Below, in pieces: positions 1 through 12,927 of a stretch of DNA of 64,000 nt. The translations under genes were made by a program, and so were the position numbers. The DNA is from Fistulifera solaris (Eukaryota). A model generated the notes under the pieces. It searched no databases, had not been told where the DNA came from, and worked only from the letters and a program-made list of their open reading frames with translations. Location: contig AP026143.1 in NCBI GenBank assembly GCA_030295235.1, positions 496,001-560,000 of the forward strand, read 5' to 3'. Position 1 is the first letter of the stretch. Every line of letters begins with the position of its first letter.

Positions 1-368
1 CGATATTTCTCGATACACCCGTGGATGCGGTTTACTGGGAAGTGCTTCTATGACAAAGGGAATTCGGCCCGATTGTTGTTCCTCCGCTCGGTATTCCGAT
101 GATTTTGTCGCAATCGCGTCCAGAAACGACGAACGGCGGGGTGTTGTGGAGGCAAAGGACACTTTAAAAGCATCGACTTTGTAAGTCAAAAGAGAGTAAT
201 CAGCAGGAGTGAACACAGAGACAGTGTTGCACATTTCCGCCTTCGTCTTCGACGGAAATTGAGAAGGGAAGAACGAAGGTTTTGAGTATTTGCACTTCCT
301 TCAGCAAATGGGCCCACAACGTTCTCGTCCCTCGGCAGCGCCATCGATTGACGTGAATCGGTTGTCAT
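1..368 (-). CDS. 5' part of a putative type II membrane protein running off the window start (frameshifted)
   Basis: ATG at 368 (MTTDSRQSMALP...), then a basic stretch RRRRRRK and a hydrophobic segment (CATLSLCSLLLITLF). The frame breaks at the A4 run near 188-191. Confidence 0.4.
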
Positions 369-881
369 ATAAGCAAGGCAAGTCTCGACAAATATGAGGC
401 AATAATGATTACTCCTAACAATTACGACACCCGCCAACATCACCAGTATCGCAAAGGTTTTGTCGTCGGCCAACGCAGACCGCCGCGAAAAAAAGCAGCG
501 CACGGATCGAGCACGCAGTCGTAATCAAGGAAACGCGATGAGACATGTCCAAGACAGTTTTTCTTCATAAACGGACGACGACTGACAACAACTCACGACA
601 AAAAAATATCCAGTCGTGAGAAAGGTCGCCTACACTTCAGTCGGCACTATCACAGGAAGTATAATAATGAAGTGTAGTCGCGACACGTACGCGCTTCATT
701 TTTCTTCTCATCATTTTCTGCATCATTTTTTGCACGATGTATGGTGAGGTTTTCATGACACCATGTCACGCTCCACCATAAGTCATCATCATCCATCATT
801 ATCAGTTCTTCGCATCATGTCAAATATCATTTCTCGGCTGCATCCCACAAGCATTGAAGACAAGTCAGATCGTTAAGACAG

Positions 882-2063
882 ATGAGTGATAGTATGTCCG
901 CGGAGATAGGGGCTCTTGCCCAATCCTCTTCCGATACAGAACAAAAGCAATTTATTGCTTCGAATATCCCTTCCAGCGAGACACCAAACGATGGTCTTTA
1001 CGAAGTCGGTCATTCTTTATCCAATGCGACTCTCTGTGATCCCACGGTTCGTCCAGACACGGCTTCGACGACCCGATCCGGTATGGAAGACATCGAGTCG
1101 GTGACGAATCGACTGCTGGGACTGCGAGGATTGCCACCCGGCACACTCGCCACTCTTTCCGAACACGAAATCAAACGTCTGTGCGCGCACGTTCGTCCTA
1201 TATTGCTACAGCAACCCATGTTACTCGAACTTGAAGCGCCAATGCAAGTCTGTGGAGATATTCATGGGCAATTTCCGGATTTGCTGCGATTATTTCAATT
1301 GGGTGGGTATCCACCGGAGTCGAATTATCTGTTTCTCGGGGACTATGTGGATCGAGGGAAACAGTCAATTGAAACGATTTGTTTACTATTGGCCTACAAG
1401 GTACTTTACCCGGATCACGTCTTTCTTCTCCGAGGCAATCACGAACATCCCGGAATTAACCGAATCTACGGCTTTTATGATGAATGCAAACGACGTTACT
1501 CGATCAAACTCTGGAAATCATTCTCCGATGTATTCAATTGCTTACCAGTTTCAGCTGTGATTGACGACAAGATAATATGCATGCACGGAGGATTATCACC
1601 CCAGCTCAGGTCGATAAAGAATATTGCGGATATAAGACGGCCTTGTGATGTCCCCACTGCCGGCTTAATGTGCGACTTGCTCTGGAGTGATCCGGATGAC
1701 ACAGTCTCAGGCTGGCGTACAAGTGATAGGGGCGTTTCTTTTGTCTTTGGAACGGACGTAGTACAAGACTTTCTGAGAGAGCACGACCTCGACTTGATCA
1801 TTCGGGCCCATCAAGTAGTCGAGGACGGATATGAGTTTTTCGCTGGAAGGGGACTCGTTACCTTGTTTAGCGCGCCAAACTATTGCGGTGAATTCGATAA
1901 TGCCGGCGGCATGATAGCAATCGCCGACGATCTCATGTGCTCATTTCAAATACTGAAACCGTCGCCTCGACCTTCGTGTCTACCGAAGCAATCACAGCAA
2001 CAGCAGACTTTGATACCTCCACGGAATCGCTTTTCGTTTCCAATACTACCCTTTCCAGCGTAG
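882..2063 (+). CDS. PP1: Serine/threonine protein phosphatase PP1 catalytic subunit with an N-terminal extension
   Basis: PPP motifs [43 protein letters not shown] and [11 protein letters not shown] (PP1-type). Confidence 0.95.
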   Translation: MSDSMSAEIGALAQSSSDTEQKQFIASNIPSSETPNDGLYEVGHSLSNATLCDPTVRPDTASTTRSGMEDIESVTNRLLGLRGLPPGTLATLSEHEIKRLCAHVRPILLQQPMLLELEAPMQVCGDIHGQFPDLLRLFQLGGYPPESNYLFLGDYVDRGKQSIETICLLLAYKVLYPDHVFLLRGNHEHPGINRIYGFYDECKRRYSIKLWKSFSDVFNCLPVSAVIDDKIICMHGGLSPQLRSIKNIADIRRPCDVPTAGLMCDLLWSDPDDTVSGWRTSDRGVSFVFGTDVVQDFLREHDLDLIIRAHQVVEDGYEFFAGRGLVTLFSAPNYCGEFDNAGGMIAIADDLMCSFQILKPSPRPSCLPKQSQQQQTLIPPRNRFSFPILPFPA

Positions 2064-2118
2064 ATTGTCGCACTAAAAGCAAAACAACTTAGCACAACGT
2101 GCAGTTAATTCATTCTTG

Positions 2119-3349
2119 TCAAGTCAGTTGTGATTCATCTGCAGTTTCAAAGACTGCCTCTGAATCGCGAAAAGTAGATTGCGGCTCGTTCGTTTCCAAG
2201 CTAAAATTATCATTGTGATGGTCCGATCCATGATTCGTTTCTTCCTTGCTTCCCACATTGACTAGAACAAACCCTCCTAAAACCGCCAAGGCTCCCATGA
2301 CAGAACCAGCCGTTAGCACGTCACTGCGCTGGAGCAAAAGTCACTGGCAAACGCCAGCGGTATCGTTAACCCCAAACCAACCGTCGCGACGGTGGCACTC
2401 GTCAACATGATGGCCCGCAACCACAAATAGTCACTCAGAACATTGTCAAAAGTCCTTTCAAAACAACAAAGCCTAAAACAAGCACGCTCACACTGGATTG
2501 ACTGCTGAGTAGTGCGTAAATGGCAATGGGCGACAGGACTACCATATTGTAAAGTCCAATGTAGCCCAGTAATGCTTGCATGCTGTAGCGACGTTCGTCA
2601 TGGGGACACAAGATTCGTGTTTGCACGGCATATGCGCCATAGCCAATGGCAGAAAGGAGGCCCAAAGCATCCCCCAAGACGGCTGTGGACGATCGCCCCA
2701 TATCATCTGGATCACTACTAGTGTTCCGATCCTCGAGTGCAGTCAGAATACTCCCCAGCACACCCAACAAGACGCCACTGCATTTGACCCAATTGAATGT
2801 CTCGTCTTGACAGCTCACGGCAAACAGAAACGTAAAGAGCGATCCGGTGGATGCCAAGACGGTACTGGAAGTGATCGACGTATAGGCCAGAGAAGCATTG
2901 TAGGCCCAGTTGGCCAGGAACCAGACGGGGGCAATTTGGCGGGCGGCGTGTTGATGATCGGCCACCGTCCAGACGCCGAGTAATGAAGTCTCATCCCCTG
3001 CTTCCAACTCGTCTCCCAGATTCTCCGTAGAATCTTGACTCGAAACAGAACCATCGGCATTCACGACGGAATAGATCGGTTGGGCGGAAGAAGCAGACAG
3101 TTCCATGACGCCAACCGATGAATGCTGCCGATCTTGTGACGCCCAAGTAGACCACAGCGAATGCGTCGGCAGCCACAGAGAAAATAGCGACACACCGATG
3201 TACGTCAACAAAAGGGAGAATCAAAAGATACATCCTCACTGTACAGATATTGCACTAAAATGGAGGAAGCCGTCCAAATGAGAGCGACTAGCACAATGAA
3301 GAAAAAGACCCAACGAGTATGCGCCGCTGACGTGCGCGGTATTGGCCAT
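2119..3349 (-). CDS. SLC35F5/THI74-like DMT (EamA) transporter; four homopolymer frameshifts
   Basis: ATG at 3349. Reconstructed segments YSLGLFFIVLVALIWTASS, PFLLTYIGVSLF, WFLANWAYNASLAYTSITSSTVLASTGSLFTF, GDALGLLSAIGYG and KGLFDNVLSDYLWLRAIMLTSATVATVGLGLTIPLAF. Indels at runs near 3302, 3211, 2449 and 2337. Confidence 0.85.
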
Positions 3350-3532
3350 TGAGAGTCGAAAGCCTCACTAGGAAGGATAAATTGGGTAATGTAGATGTAA
3401 TATATAGCAAGCAGCTGCAATAATGAACGATTTTATAGATGTTGTTGATCGCATTATGCATGCAATAACAACTTATTCTGCTTAAGCCATTTTTTCGTGA
3501 ATCATTGAAATTTCACTATGACGCGGCGTCAA

Positions 3533-5920
3533 TGGTTTACGCCAGACAAGACTGGATTGTATAGTAGTCATGAGTCATGAACCGAACAACAAAGGGTTCC
3601 GTTTTGCGTCTCTCGCATCCGTCCATTGACATTCAACTGCGAGTTTAATTATAACGACGGGTAAAATAAGGTGTAACAATGATGATTCTGAACTATTGTT
3701 CAGAGTTTCTTTTATTTTCACGTCGAAAATCCGAGGATCGACACCTTGAAAATCCACTATCAAACGAAGTGTTGGTTTACGCCAGACAAGACTGGATTGT
3801 ATAGTAGTCATGAGTCATGAACCGAACAACAAAGGGTTCCGTTTTGCGTCTCTCGCATCCGTCCATGGGGGAAGTGACTGGCGAAAACACGAGGGCAAGA
3901 TTTTCCTAGTACATAGTCTACGTGCGGGCTACGGCGTTTTTCTCCCCGATAGCCCGTGTTAATGGAACATTTTCCGGGTTACTTTCAGCTTTAAACGACG
4001 AAATACCGCCATTGCCACTTAATAAATCTTTAGATATTACAATGAAAGTTGCTATTAATTTAATATAAATAAAGTATCTAGAAGTGATCTGTTGATTTGT
4101 AGTGAATTGTTTGCTTTGCACAAGCCAGTTAACAGGGTCTTCGCTTTGTTATTTTCCTAATCTGTGATCGTTGAGCTAATGTATGCCTTTGTCGAGATTG
4201 TTGTCGCTGGATCGACGCTGCCATCATCATTTATCCGCGGCGAAATTCCGCTTAAAACTCAATAAATATATTGTTGTGCCCAGTATTCCTTGCCTTCTAT
4301 TAAAACACCCCTTCAAAACTCTTTGGAATGGCAAGGTTTCTCATGCATACAACACGGCTATTCCTCCTGCAAATATTTCCAGCTGCCTCGTCCTGAATCG
4401 TAAAATCCATTGAAGTCACAGCCTCTTCACTTGTCTCCCTCGCAACGTTTTGAAATACATGACACATTTGATTAAGCCGTATGGCTTGCGTCCATTGCCC
4501 CTTACTGGTACAAGGGACGCTGTTTAATGCACCGTGGTAATGCAATACGGAGTAGCATTAGAAGCCCCCGAAACCAGTCGTTTACCTAACAACCTCCAAT
4601 CACATCGAAGTTTATTGTTAACATCTGTTTCAGTCTTTTGAAGCGACAGCTTGGCGCTATCTACTTTGAACGCATAGTTACCGTTGTCGCCTTTGACATG
4701 CATCAGTGAATCGATTCTCCACTTTCTTTCCTATTCTGTCAAATTAACACAGAAACAGTATCCATGATAATTGTTGTTTCATAGATTGTTGCATTAGCTC
4801 CGCATTTCTTGCTAATTTGCTCAGCTGTATCATCAATGCTAGCATCGACGTCGATGGCAACATCACGGCAAAGGATACATGCCAATCGCGAACCTTTCCT
4901 CTCGGGTTTCCTAACAATCTGTGGCGGTACTTCCACCTATTCCACTCAAATCATTTGCTCTGAATCAGATGAAAGCAATAAAGAGATTCGCTGGGTGATC
5001 CATTGCGGCAATTGCTTGGATGAAAGGCAACATCATGGTCGATGAACGACCATCATCGATGTTTTGTGAGAAAGTCGTTACAAATCGTTATCTAAATTTT
5101 TCAAAAGCTTCGTAAAAAGTACTGTTTGATGGATAAGACAATGTCACACCGTTGGGGTCGACAACCGGTAACACGTGATTATTACGTGTGTGGACTTCCT
5201 ACCAGGTTTTTACGAGCCCTCGGGTTTTTGACCAGGCACTTCCCCCATTGACAATCAACTGCGAGTTTAATTATAACGACGGGTAAAATAAGGTGCAACA
5301 ATGATGATTCTGAACTATTGTTTAGAGTTTCTTTTTATTTTCACGTCGAAAATCCGAGGATCGACACCTTGAAAATCCACTATCAAACGAAGTGTTGGTT
5401 TACGCCAGACAAGACTGGATTGTATAGTAGTCATGAGTCATGAACCGAACAACAAAGGGTTCCGTTTTGCGTCTCTCGCATCCGTCCATTGACAATCAAC
5501 TGCGAGTTTAATTATAACGACGGGTAAAATAAGGTGCAACAATGATGATTCTGAACTATTGTTTAGAGTTTCTTTTTATTTTCACGTCGAAAATCCGAGG
5601 ATCGACACCTTGAAAATCCACTATCAAACGAAGTGTTCGTTTACGCCAGACAAGACTGGGTTGTATAGTAGTCATGAGTCATGAACCGAACAACAAAGGG
5701 TTCCGTTTTGCGTCTCTCGCATCCGTCCATTGACAATCAACTGCGAGTTTAATTATAACGACGGGTAAAATAAGGTGCAACAATGATGATTCTGAACTAT
5801 TGTTTAGAGTTTCTTTTTATTTTCATGTCGAAAATCCGAGGATCGACACCTTGAAAATCCACTATCAAACGAAGTGTTGGTTTACGCCACACAAGACTGG
5901 ATTTTGTACAGCAGTCATGA
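3533..5920. repeat. Tandem array of a 240-241-bp unit (~4 copies) interrupted by a TIR element
   Basis: The unit landmark (cat, followed by tgac in the uninterrupted copies) falls at 3624, 3864/5246 (split copy), 5487 and 5728. Units are nearly identical. Confidence 0.95.
3867..5246. mobile_element. Non-autonomous DNA transposon, ~1.38 kb, imperfect TIRs GGGGGAAGTG..., AT target-site duplication (PIF-Harbinger/ISL2EU-like)
   Basis: Left end gggggaagtgactggcgaaaacacgagggc; reverse complement of right end gggggaagtgcctggtcaaaaacccgagggc. Flanks gtccAT|...|ATtgac versus the empty site gtccattgac in neighbouring units. No intact transposase ORF. Confidence 0.85.
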
Positions 5921-6111
5921 ATTACAATTGCTTCATTTCATTTTGTCGCGATGACCACAAGGAAAACTTTTTCTCCTAATAAAGCGAGGCGCTTTCATTT
6001 TTGTTGTTAATAATTGTTTACAATTATTCGACTTCTTCTTAAAAAGGCATTCAGAAGAAGGGGATACATCTTTTAAGAGGCTACTTGTTTAAACTGCAAA
6101 AACGATAAAGA

Positions 6112-8082
6112 ATGGAACAGAACGGGGATCTACTGGAACTCTTTCCTGCAGAAGAACTTTCTCACCTGCAAAAAGCATTTCGACGCGCCAAAGAAAGCGA
6201 CGAACTTCGAATGTACCGGCTTCTACGCGAGCCGACGTCCCTGGATGACATTGATTGGAAGAAATATCGTCAAATTGTAATCTGGCGTGACAATGCGACC
6301 ATCATTTGTATCTGCAAATACGCTGTCGCCCAATATCACGAAAAGAACGTTTGCTTTAAAATTAAGGGTTTGGCTGGCGGACGCACTCTTGAGGGTGCAA
6401 TTTATGGCAAAGATGATACGAAAATTGCGGAGACAGCGACCTTTTTCTGGTCGTTGGAGCATCCAGGAAGCAGTAAAGCTTGCCTGGAAACATGCGTTTA
6501 TGGTTTCGATGACGAGCGCCGTTTTGATTTCGACTTTGCCGCCCTCACAGCGGACCAGTTGGCAAAGATATTGGACGCGAATCCCAATCGTCGATTTCAC
6601 TTTGCAACAGGAACATGGAGACCAGAGATATCCTCGGTGTTAGCTACGAGGCCGTACTGTCTTAACCTGACACTCACCAAATCGGGTACAGACGCAGGAG
6701 GTTTTACTTTCACTGACGAAGGATCAGCGTTTGTAAACGCCCTTGAACAGCGGCAATCTACCTTTGGTTAACTTCACTTTAAGTTTCATTCAGAGGATAT
6801 GCCGTTTAGCAGCGCAAACATCAAAAGGCTTTTGCAGTTAAACATTTTTGAAAAGCTCGCGCCCTTTATTCTAGACAAAGAATGCGTTTTGCTTCCGTTT
6901 TCGACAAAGGTCAAGACACTGGAGTACCAATTCGACGCACAACTTGTTGAACCGCAAGACTTCGACTCGCTTGAGATTATCACGAAAGACCTCAAGGTGA
7001 AAATGTATCTCGACAACGTGTTCTATGTAAAGGATTGCTGTGAGCGTCTCATCTCATTTTTGAACCGGGTCGCCCAGCTGGGCCATCTTGAGAAATTTAC
7101 TTTCTCCATCGACTTTGGGGATGAAGGATACAATGACCAATATGAGTTTAAAAGGGTGAAGCCTATCGCCGAAGCGTTGATTCGCGTAATCCTCTGCAAT
7201 CCGAATCTGGTGTACTTGGATATAAGCGATACTATTTGGATTGTCGACTGGGCACCCCATCTGCAGGCTATCTTTAAAGCTATGGAAGGACACAAACGAC
7301 TTACAACTTTTATTGTTCGAGATTACCCGCCAGAGGCCGACGATGAAGACTCACAGCATGCTGATTATTCCTGGCTGGAGCAATTACTCGCCCGTAATAA
7401 AATCATCAATGTCTTTGATATTTCAGAAAAAAGGTGCTCGGATGGTTCCCGTATAGACCAGCTGTACATGGCAAATCAATCTCATCGGGACTCTTTGCAC
7501 GCCGTGCCCGAGGGGATTGTATCATCTGCTTCAATTACTTCAGAATCACAGCGAGCACTAGGCACCTTACCTCATCCTATGCCAGATGCGATTGTATCGC
7601 AACCAGTACCGGATGCCACGCTATCGCAATCCAGGCCCGATGGGACTGTACGGTCAGCCTCCATACCACAGGAAAGGGAACGTAGAACTCGAACAACGGT
7701 GAAACAGGAGTCCTCGAGTGAGACGGAAGGTGCTAACGCACAAGCTGTGCCGGAGGTCGTTGTATCACAGCCAATGCCCGAGGCGATTGTACCGTCAGCC
7801 ATCTTTCCTTCGGAATCAAGTCCGATGATTCGTAGGACGGTGAAACGGGAGCGTTCGAGCAGGGTTGAAGATGCGCACCAACAAGCTATACCGGACGTTA
7901 TAGTATCGCAACCAACATCCGAAGAAATTGTACGGTCGACCTCAATTTCCTCAGAAGCAGATCAAGCGGGTCGTACGAAGCGTAGAGGAAAAAGAAAAAA
8001 GGCGTTGAATCGCGTGATGGTGCTGCATCTCACCTGCCAGAGGAATCTGCATACTCTTCTCCACTCAAAAGAATCAATCTAG
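6112..8082 (+). pseudogene. Member of a lineage-expanded LRR/RNI-like family with an in-frame TAA and a repetitive C-terminus
   Basis: ORFs 6112-6771 and 6799-8082 are in the same frame, separated by TAA at 6769-6771. Collinear similarity to 22402-23913 (IWRDN, IAETAxFF, LATRP, AFVxAL, LLPFS, RVAxLGH). Could be a base-call error rather than a true pseudogene. Confidence 0.6.
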
Positions 8083-8299
8083 TCAAACGTTTTAACGCGT
8101 AAAGCCGACATTTGGCTGCCACGTGCAACTAGAAAAATCGGCCCGTGGAACGACATCGTTTGCTACGTAATTTGCTTGTCCAACAGAAGTGATCTCTCAT
8201 CAATGTGTCATAACGGATACGTAGTAACTTTTTGCCTAGACTGTGCTCTGGACGCAATGTTCTCTTATTTCCAGCAAAAGAATAGTAATCGTCTTATAA

Positions 8300-9430
8300 T
8301 TAATGAATTTTGCCCTGATACCAGGTCGCATGACCCAGTAAATCATCAATGTCTGTCAACTGCCAATTTCCGATTTCATTCTTCGATAGCCACCAGAAGC
8401 CAAACGTTTTAACATCGACCTCGAAGCGTGCTAAGTGAACAACGCGCTGCACCAAACCGTCGGGGGTACCTTGGAGGACGGCACCCGTTTTCGTATCAAT
8501 GACCTGAAATACTTCATCGCACTCGATGAGTACTTGCATCTCCACCGTTGTAGTCACATATTCGGGGACCTGATCGTCGGAGGGCAAAATGTGTTGATAA
8601 ATGGAATTCACCACCGGATAGTCGGCACGAAAAACGCCGTCGACCACCAGTCCCTGAAGAAGAGATCGTAGTACGGAATCTCCTTCTACCATCTTTCGTG
8701 TAAGGAAGGGAAAGCAAAACAAATTATACAGAATGCATCGTCCGGTCGGATTCATTTCTAACCGGATACGCAGTTGGTCCTTTCCTGACTGATGCGCGGA
8801 CTCGTACAATTTTCGAAGTTTATGATGAAACATACCATCTAAACCCTGGCTCGATACGTTTGATGATTCCTCCGTTTCCTCACTCTTATCATCAGTATTG
8901 TGAGCAACTGTTTCGTCGTCGCGCGGGAATTGAAAGTCGATTTTCAAAGAATCATCGTTTTCCAGCGTACGAACGGTATCCGAGACATTGTACGTGTTTT
9001 GTATCATTGCTCCCACAGCTTGCGTAAAAGCCCATCCAGCGTTGTCTGCTAATTCGTCTTTCCAATGGTTCGACGTAAAGGACGTCACAAACTTGGAAAC
9101 GAAACCGGATTTCGAGTTTTGTAAAAAGAGCGCATGTAGAAAGGCCAGTCCTCCCGGTGAGAGTGTCAAATTATACGCATTTTCAGGTGTATCGGGAGTC
9201 AAACGCGGTAACATGGTCGTCTCGTGACGCCAAGGAAATAACGGGCGCAACGGTGTTGTCTTCTCCGGCGCGACAACCTTGATTCCTTCCGCTGTTGGAT
9301 CGACGCTCGAGCAAAAACTGCGGCAAAGAACAGCATTACTGTCTCTTCTGAATGTTATAGGACGTGATCTTTGATCCAGCATGCCGCCTTGGCTGAAGAA
9401 CCGAAGACTTTGGCGGGCACTTCTCCTCAT
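8300..9430 (-). CDS. Putative mitochondrial protein with a Tim44-like C-terminal domain
   Basis: Arg/Ser-rich transit-like N-terminus. C-terminal ECDEVFQVIDTKTGAVLQG...HLARFE...WQLTDID pattern as in Tim44/MAIP1/mL45-like domains. Confidence 0.6.
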   Translation of the reverse strand: MRRSARQSLRFFSQGGMLDQRSRPITFRRDSNAVLCRSFCSSVDPTAEGIKVVAPEKTTPLRPLFPWRHETTMLPRLTPDTPENAYNLTLSPGGLAFLHALFLQNSKSGFVSKFVTSFTSNHWKDELADNAGWAFTQAVGAMIQNTYNVSDTVRTLENDDSLKIDFQFPRDDETVAHNTDDKSEETEESSNVSSQGLDGMFHHKLRKLYESAHQSGKDQLRIRLEMNPTGRCILYNLFCFPFLTRKMVEGDSVLRSLLQGLVVDGVFRADYPVVNSIYQHILPSDDQVPEYVTTTVEMQVLIECDEVFQVIDTKTGAVLQGTPDGLVQRVVHLARFEVDVKTFGFWWLSKNEIGNWQLTDIDDLLGHATWYQGKIH

Positions 9431-10310
9431 TGTCAGCAGTTCTGATAAAGTAATAGACGAAGAGTTTTCCGTCGTCTACGCTTCCAGCTCAGCTATGCTT
9501 TCACGAAAGCTCTCGAGCTACAATTCTGTTTCTTGCTCACTAAGTATAAGATGCTGAAACTCTAAACAAGAGACAATAATAAGAGATGTAGCATGATGCC
9601 GCGACGCGGACGCGAAAAGATGAAAAGATCAAATGGTCTGTCGTCGTCAGTCGTCGAACGCTGAATAGAGCGTCAACCTTAGTGCAGCCGTGATATTCTC
9701 AAAATAATACTCCCAGTAGCTTTTTGGTTTTTGAAACTGCGTTGCATTCCAATATGTTTTTACTCAAACGATCGCTAGGCAGTCAAGAAAAACATGACGC
9801 CAAGAGTAATTATATCTTTGCATGATAACATGAATTTGAACCTCTAGATCTTCAAAGGTTGAGAAATACGAACTATCGGCGACATTTCAATATCAGTTGA
9901 TCATTCACATGAACGATCCTACCTTTTTATTGCCACCAAACTTCAAAGTGCGACTTTAGAAGTTCGGCTGGAACCTGGAACACACGCAAAGCTTGAGGTC
10001 AGTGATTATTATTTGCCCCTTTAACCTCGCCAAACGTTAAACCCTACGCACTTACAAACGTGCTTGTTGTTGTCACATGGCACACCAGCCGGTTCAGTAT
10101 TCGGTCTCCTCTCCTCTCTCGTTTCCCGTTGCTCGTGGGCTTTCACCTTCCTATTCGCACTTCTCTCGTCGATTGCTTCCCAAACGTTCCTAAGTTGAAC
10201 TTCCGGGAAATCTAATGGCGTATCATGTATCGTGTACCGTCAAACGTCAAGCACCAGAAATCGACCATAGCTTTATCCGAAGGCTCTTAAAACTTAAACC
10301 CATTAATTAA

Positions 10311-10344
10311 TCTAGAGTCTAGAGTCTAGAGTCTAGAATCTAGA
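10311..10344. repeat. Short tandem repeat (TCTAGAG)n, ~5 copies
   Basis: tctagagtctagagtctagagtctagaatctaga seen directly. Confidence 0.85.
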
Positions 10345-10973
10345 AACAAGAACAAGACCGTACTATGCTAGCAATAAGCGCGGACGGGGAACGGGGAACG
10401 CCGAACGCGTGCGCTTCTGTGTTCGGATTAGTAACAGCAAGTCACAGTTCTTTATTCTCGTCTTTATCAGATCTGTTCACGATTGATATTGATTGCAAAT
10501 AAGATCTCGGCTCATTGACAAGGCTAGAACAGAAATTCCAATACCGAATTCGCTGCTTGCTCACAAGAGCACTACGGTTTCGAGAAAAGCGTCATCGCGA
10601 AACATGATTGAACATTGAACTTCAAGCCTCCCCCTATTTACGAAAACGTCTCGAAAATAATACGTTTCCTACTTCTCGACTGACACTCAACTTTGATGGC
10701 CAAACCATAATTAGAACACTTTTGTATGAACTCCCCAGGTTCCAGTGTACATTAGGCTTCGCGCCCACCTGCTTCCGACCGGGTACATCGGTACTTCGTT
10801 CCAATTCTCCTCCACCTTGAAACAGGCAAAAATATTGTGGCGTTCCCTCGCCACTTGTTACTTCGCATTTCGCATTCTCTTGCCAGCACAAACACATAAT
10901 AACCGCATTATCCCGCCGTCCTGGATGCGATCCTTATTATCATTGAAGGCTCAAAGATTAAACGTCCAACACC

Positions 10974-11681
10974 ATGACTTTCTCGTCGGATTCACAAGGG
11001 GTATCACCCTTGCAACAAGCCATAGAAATGAACAACCGAGCGGCTAGTCTCATGCTGATGGGGCAAAACAATCAGGGGCTTCAATGTTTTCAAGCCACAA
11101 TTCGAGCAATGAAGGAAGCTTCTACCTTCCGCACTTCTGACTCATCGATTGATAAATTCCATTCAACTTTGATACCCGACGAGTCAGCTAGTTATATAAT
11201 GAAACCGTGCGCCAAAGCACTACTACAACAAACGCAAGCTCACACATACATCTATGATCATCAGTTCCTTTTTGAAGAGTCATCCGGTGTCCATTTCGAC
11301 TATGAGACGTTATTAGCGCTTTACAGCGGAACGATGCTCTTCAACTTTGGCCTCGCTCTTCACGCCGACGGGCTGAAGAACGGAAGCAATGGATTTCTGA
11401 GAAAAGCGCTTTACATTTACGAGATGGCACTCTGCCTTCTACGGCCCAACGCTCGGTGCGAACCCTTTGCCGCTGTGATTGCTGTCACCCTCAACAATGA
11501 GGCTTGCATTTATTCCATCCTCGGCGAGTTTACGAACGCAGAACGTCAGTTCTCTCATCTCGCTGACATTTTGCGCGGCATGTACTGGCAAATAAGTCAA
11601 GTACTTTCTCCGCCTGCGGTAGAAGAGCTCTATCTTAACACACTGGTTTGTCGGAGTCCCTGTGCGTCCGAAGCAGCTTAA
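10974..11681 (+). CDS. Hypothetical helical (TPR-like) protein
   Basis: 235-aa intact ORF. Helical-repeat-like segments (AIEMNNRAASL, MLFNFGLALH, KALYIYEMA, TLNNEACIY). Confidence 0.7.
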   Translation: MTFSSDSQGVSPLQQAIEMNNRAASLMLMGQNNQGLQCFQATIRAMKEASTFRTSDSSIDKFHSTLIPDESASYIMKPCAKALLQQTQAHTYIYDHQFLFEESSGVHFDYETLLALYSGTMLFNFGLALHADGLKNGSNGFLRKALYIYEMALCLLRPNARCEPFAAVIAVTLNNEACIYSILGEFTNAERQFSHLADILRGMYWQISQVLSPPAVEELYLNTLVCRSPCASEAA

Positions 11682-11770
11682 TCTGGACCGGATTCGAAAG
11701 GCCAATTGATGATTACATTTTTACCTGGTAAGTCGCAACAATGAAAATATAAAATTAAAAATAGAAATTG

Positions 11771-12525
11771 TTACTCTTTGCTTGGCACTTCTTTTGTTGG
11801 TGCATTCTCTAGCACTGGCATTTGAAACGCGTAGCGTTCCCATAATTGCGAATTGGAGATTAAATCTTTCATGAATTTCGCCACGAGTGAACGTGCTATT
11901 TTTGTGTCACCAAACAAGCTTCCTACGGGCTTGTCGTGCACTTGATAGTCGGATGTCGCATCTTCCACGAGATTGGTAGGGCGGGCAATCACCCATTTGA
12001 TGCCGTCTTGCGTGGGAGGAAATTGACTTTGCAAGTAGGCCGCTGCTTCTTCGTTATCAACGTGCGGGGTGAATACGTAGCGGAAGAATGCCAGGATTGC
12101 TCGTTCTGAAAAAGGTCGAAGATCGTCCTTGGGACCCACGACACCGTCTGAGCTCATGAGAATAAACTTCTTTTTGTTGTCTTTAGCGGCTGCTGTGAGC
12201 CGTTTGACTGTATCGGTAACGAGACGACGATCGGCCCGACCCCAAATGCCCGAAAGATTCAAAGTATGACCGAGACAACTCACGAGAACGTCGGCTTGTT
12301 CCACAAGTTCATTGTATTCAGCATCTGACAAATCATTGAAGGAAGGCGCTTCTTTGACTGTCAAAGATCGTTTTCCACCTTTTCGGTGTCAATCAACGAC
12401 AGTAGGCGCTCTTTGGAACGGACAACCACGGAAACCGGATAGCCGTCATTGAGTAAGCTCTGGACAAGATGTTTACCTGTAGCACCGGTGGCTCCGACAA
12501 TCAGCACGGTAGGATTTGTTTTCAT
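11771..12525 (-). CDS. NAD(P)H-binding Rossmann protein (flavin reductase/BVR-B-like SDR); one frameshift
   Basis: ATG at 12525: MKTNPTVLIVGATGATGKHLV, later DVLVSCLG and WVIARPTNL. Frame restored by one extra A in the run near 12380. Confidence 0.85.
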
Positions 12526-12927
12526 TGTTTCAACCGATAGCGTGTATAATGATTTGTTTGTTCGTGCTTGCTTTTGTGGAGCATAACTTCACTTCCGAAT
12601 AAAGCAACAGGAATGGGTATCTTTTTGCTTCCGCGAAAACGTCGCGCGTTTTATGTTCGCGTTTCAAATAGCCTAATGTGGTCTACCGTAAAGTGTGAAG
12701 CCTGACCACTATACGACTATGGGTAGATGCTAAAGCCTACTGGTATTCACTTTACAAATAATTTCCGAAGGAGTAGCGAGTCAGTCACGAATGAAAGCAA
12801 TTAATCATGAATGAAGTATATGCTACACACGCGTGCCAAAACCATTATTTTTACTTGAACGCCAAAGACCTATTAAACATTCATGCTATTTATTCTCCAA
12901 TCCATCGCTCCGTTTATCTAATTAGTC

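Noticed and set aside
3918..5045. Short ORFs inside the TIR element as a transposase
   Set aside because: Fragments of 65-81 aa with no DDE or DNA-binding motif that I can recognise.
10311..10410. (TCTAGAG)n and GGGGAAC repeats as telomeric or element ends
   Set aside because: Too short, not TTAGGG-like, and no partner terminus found.
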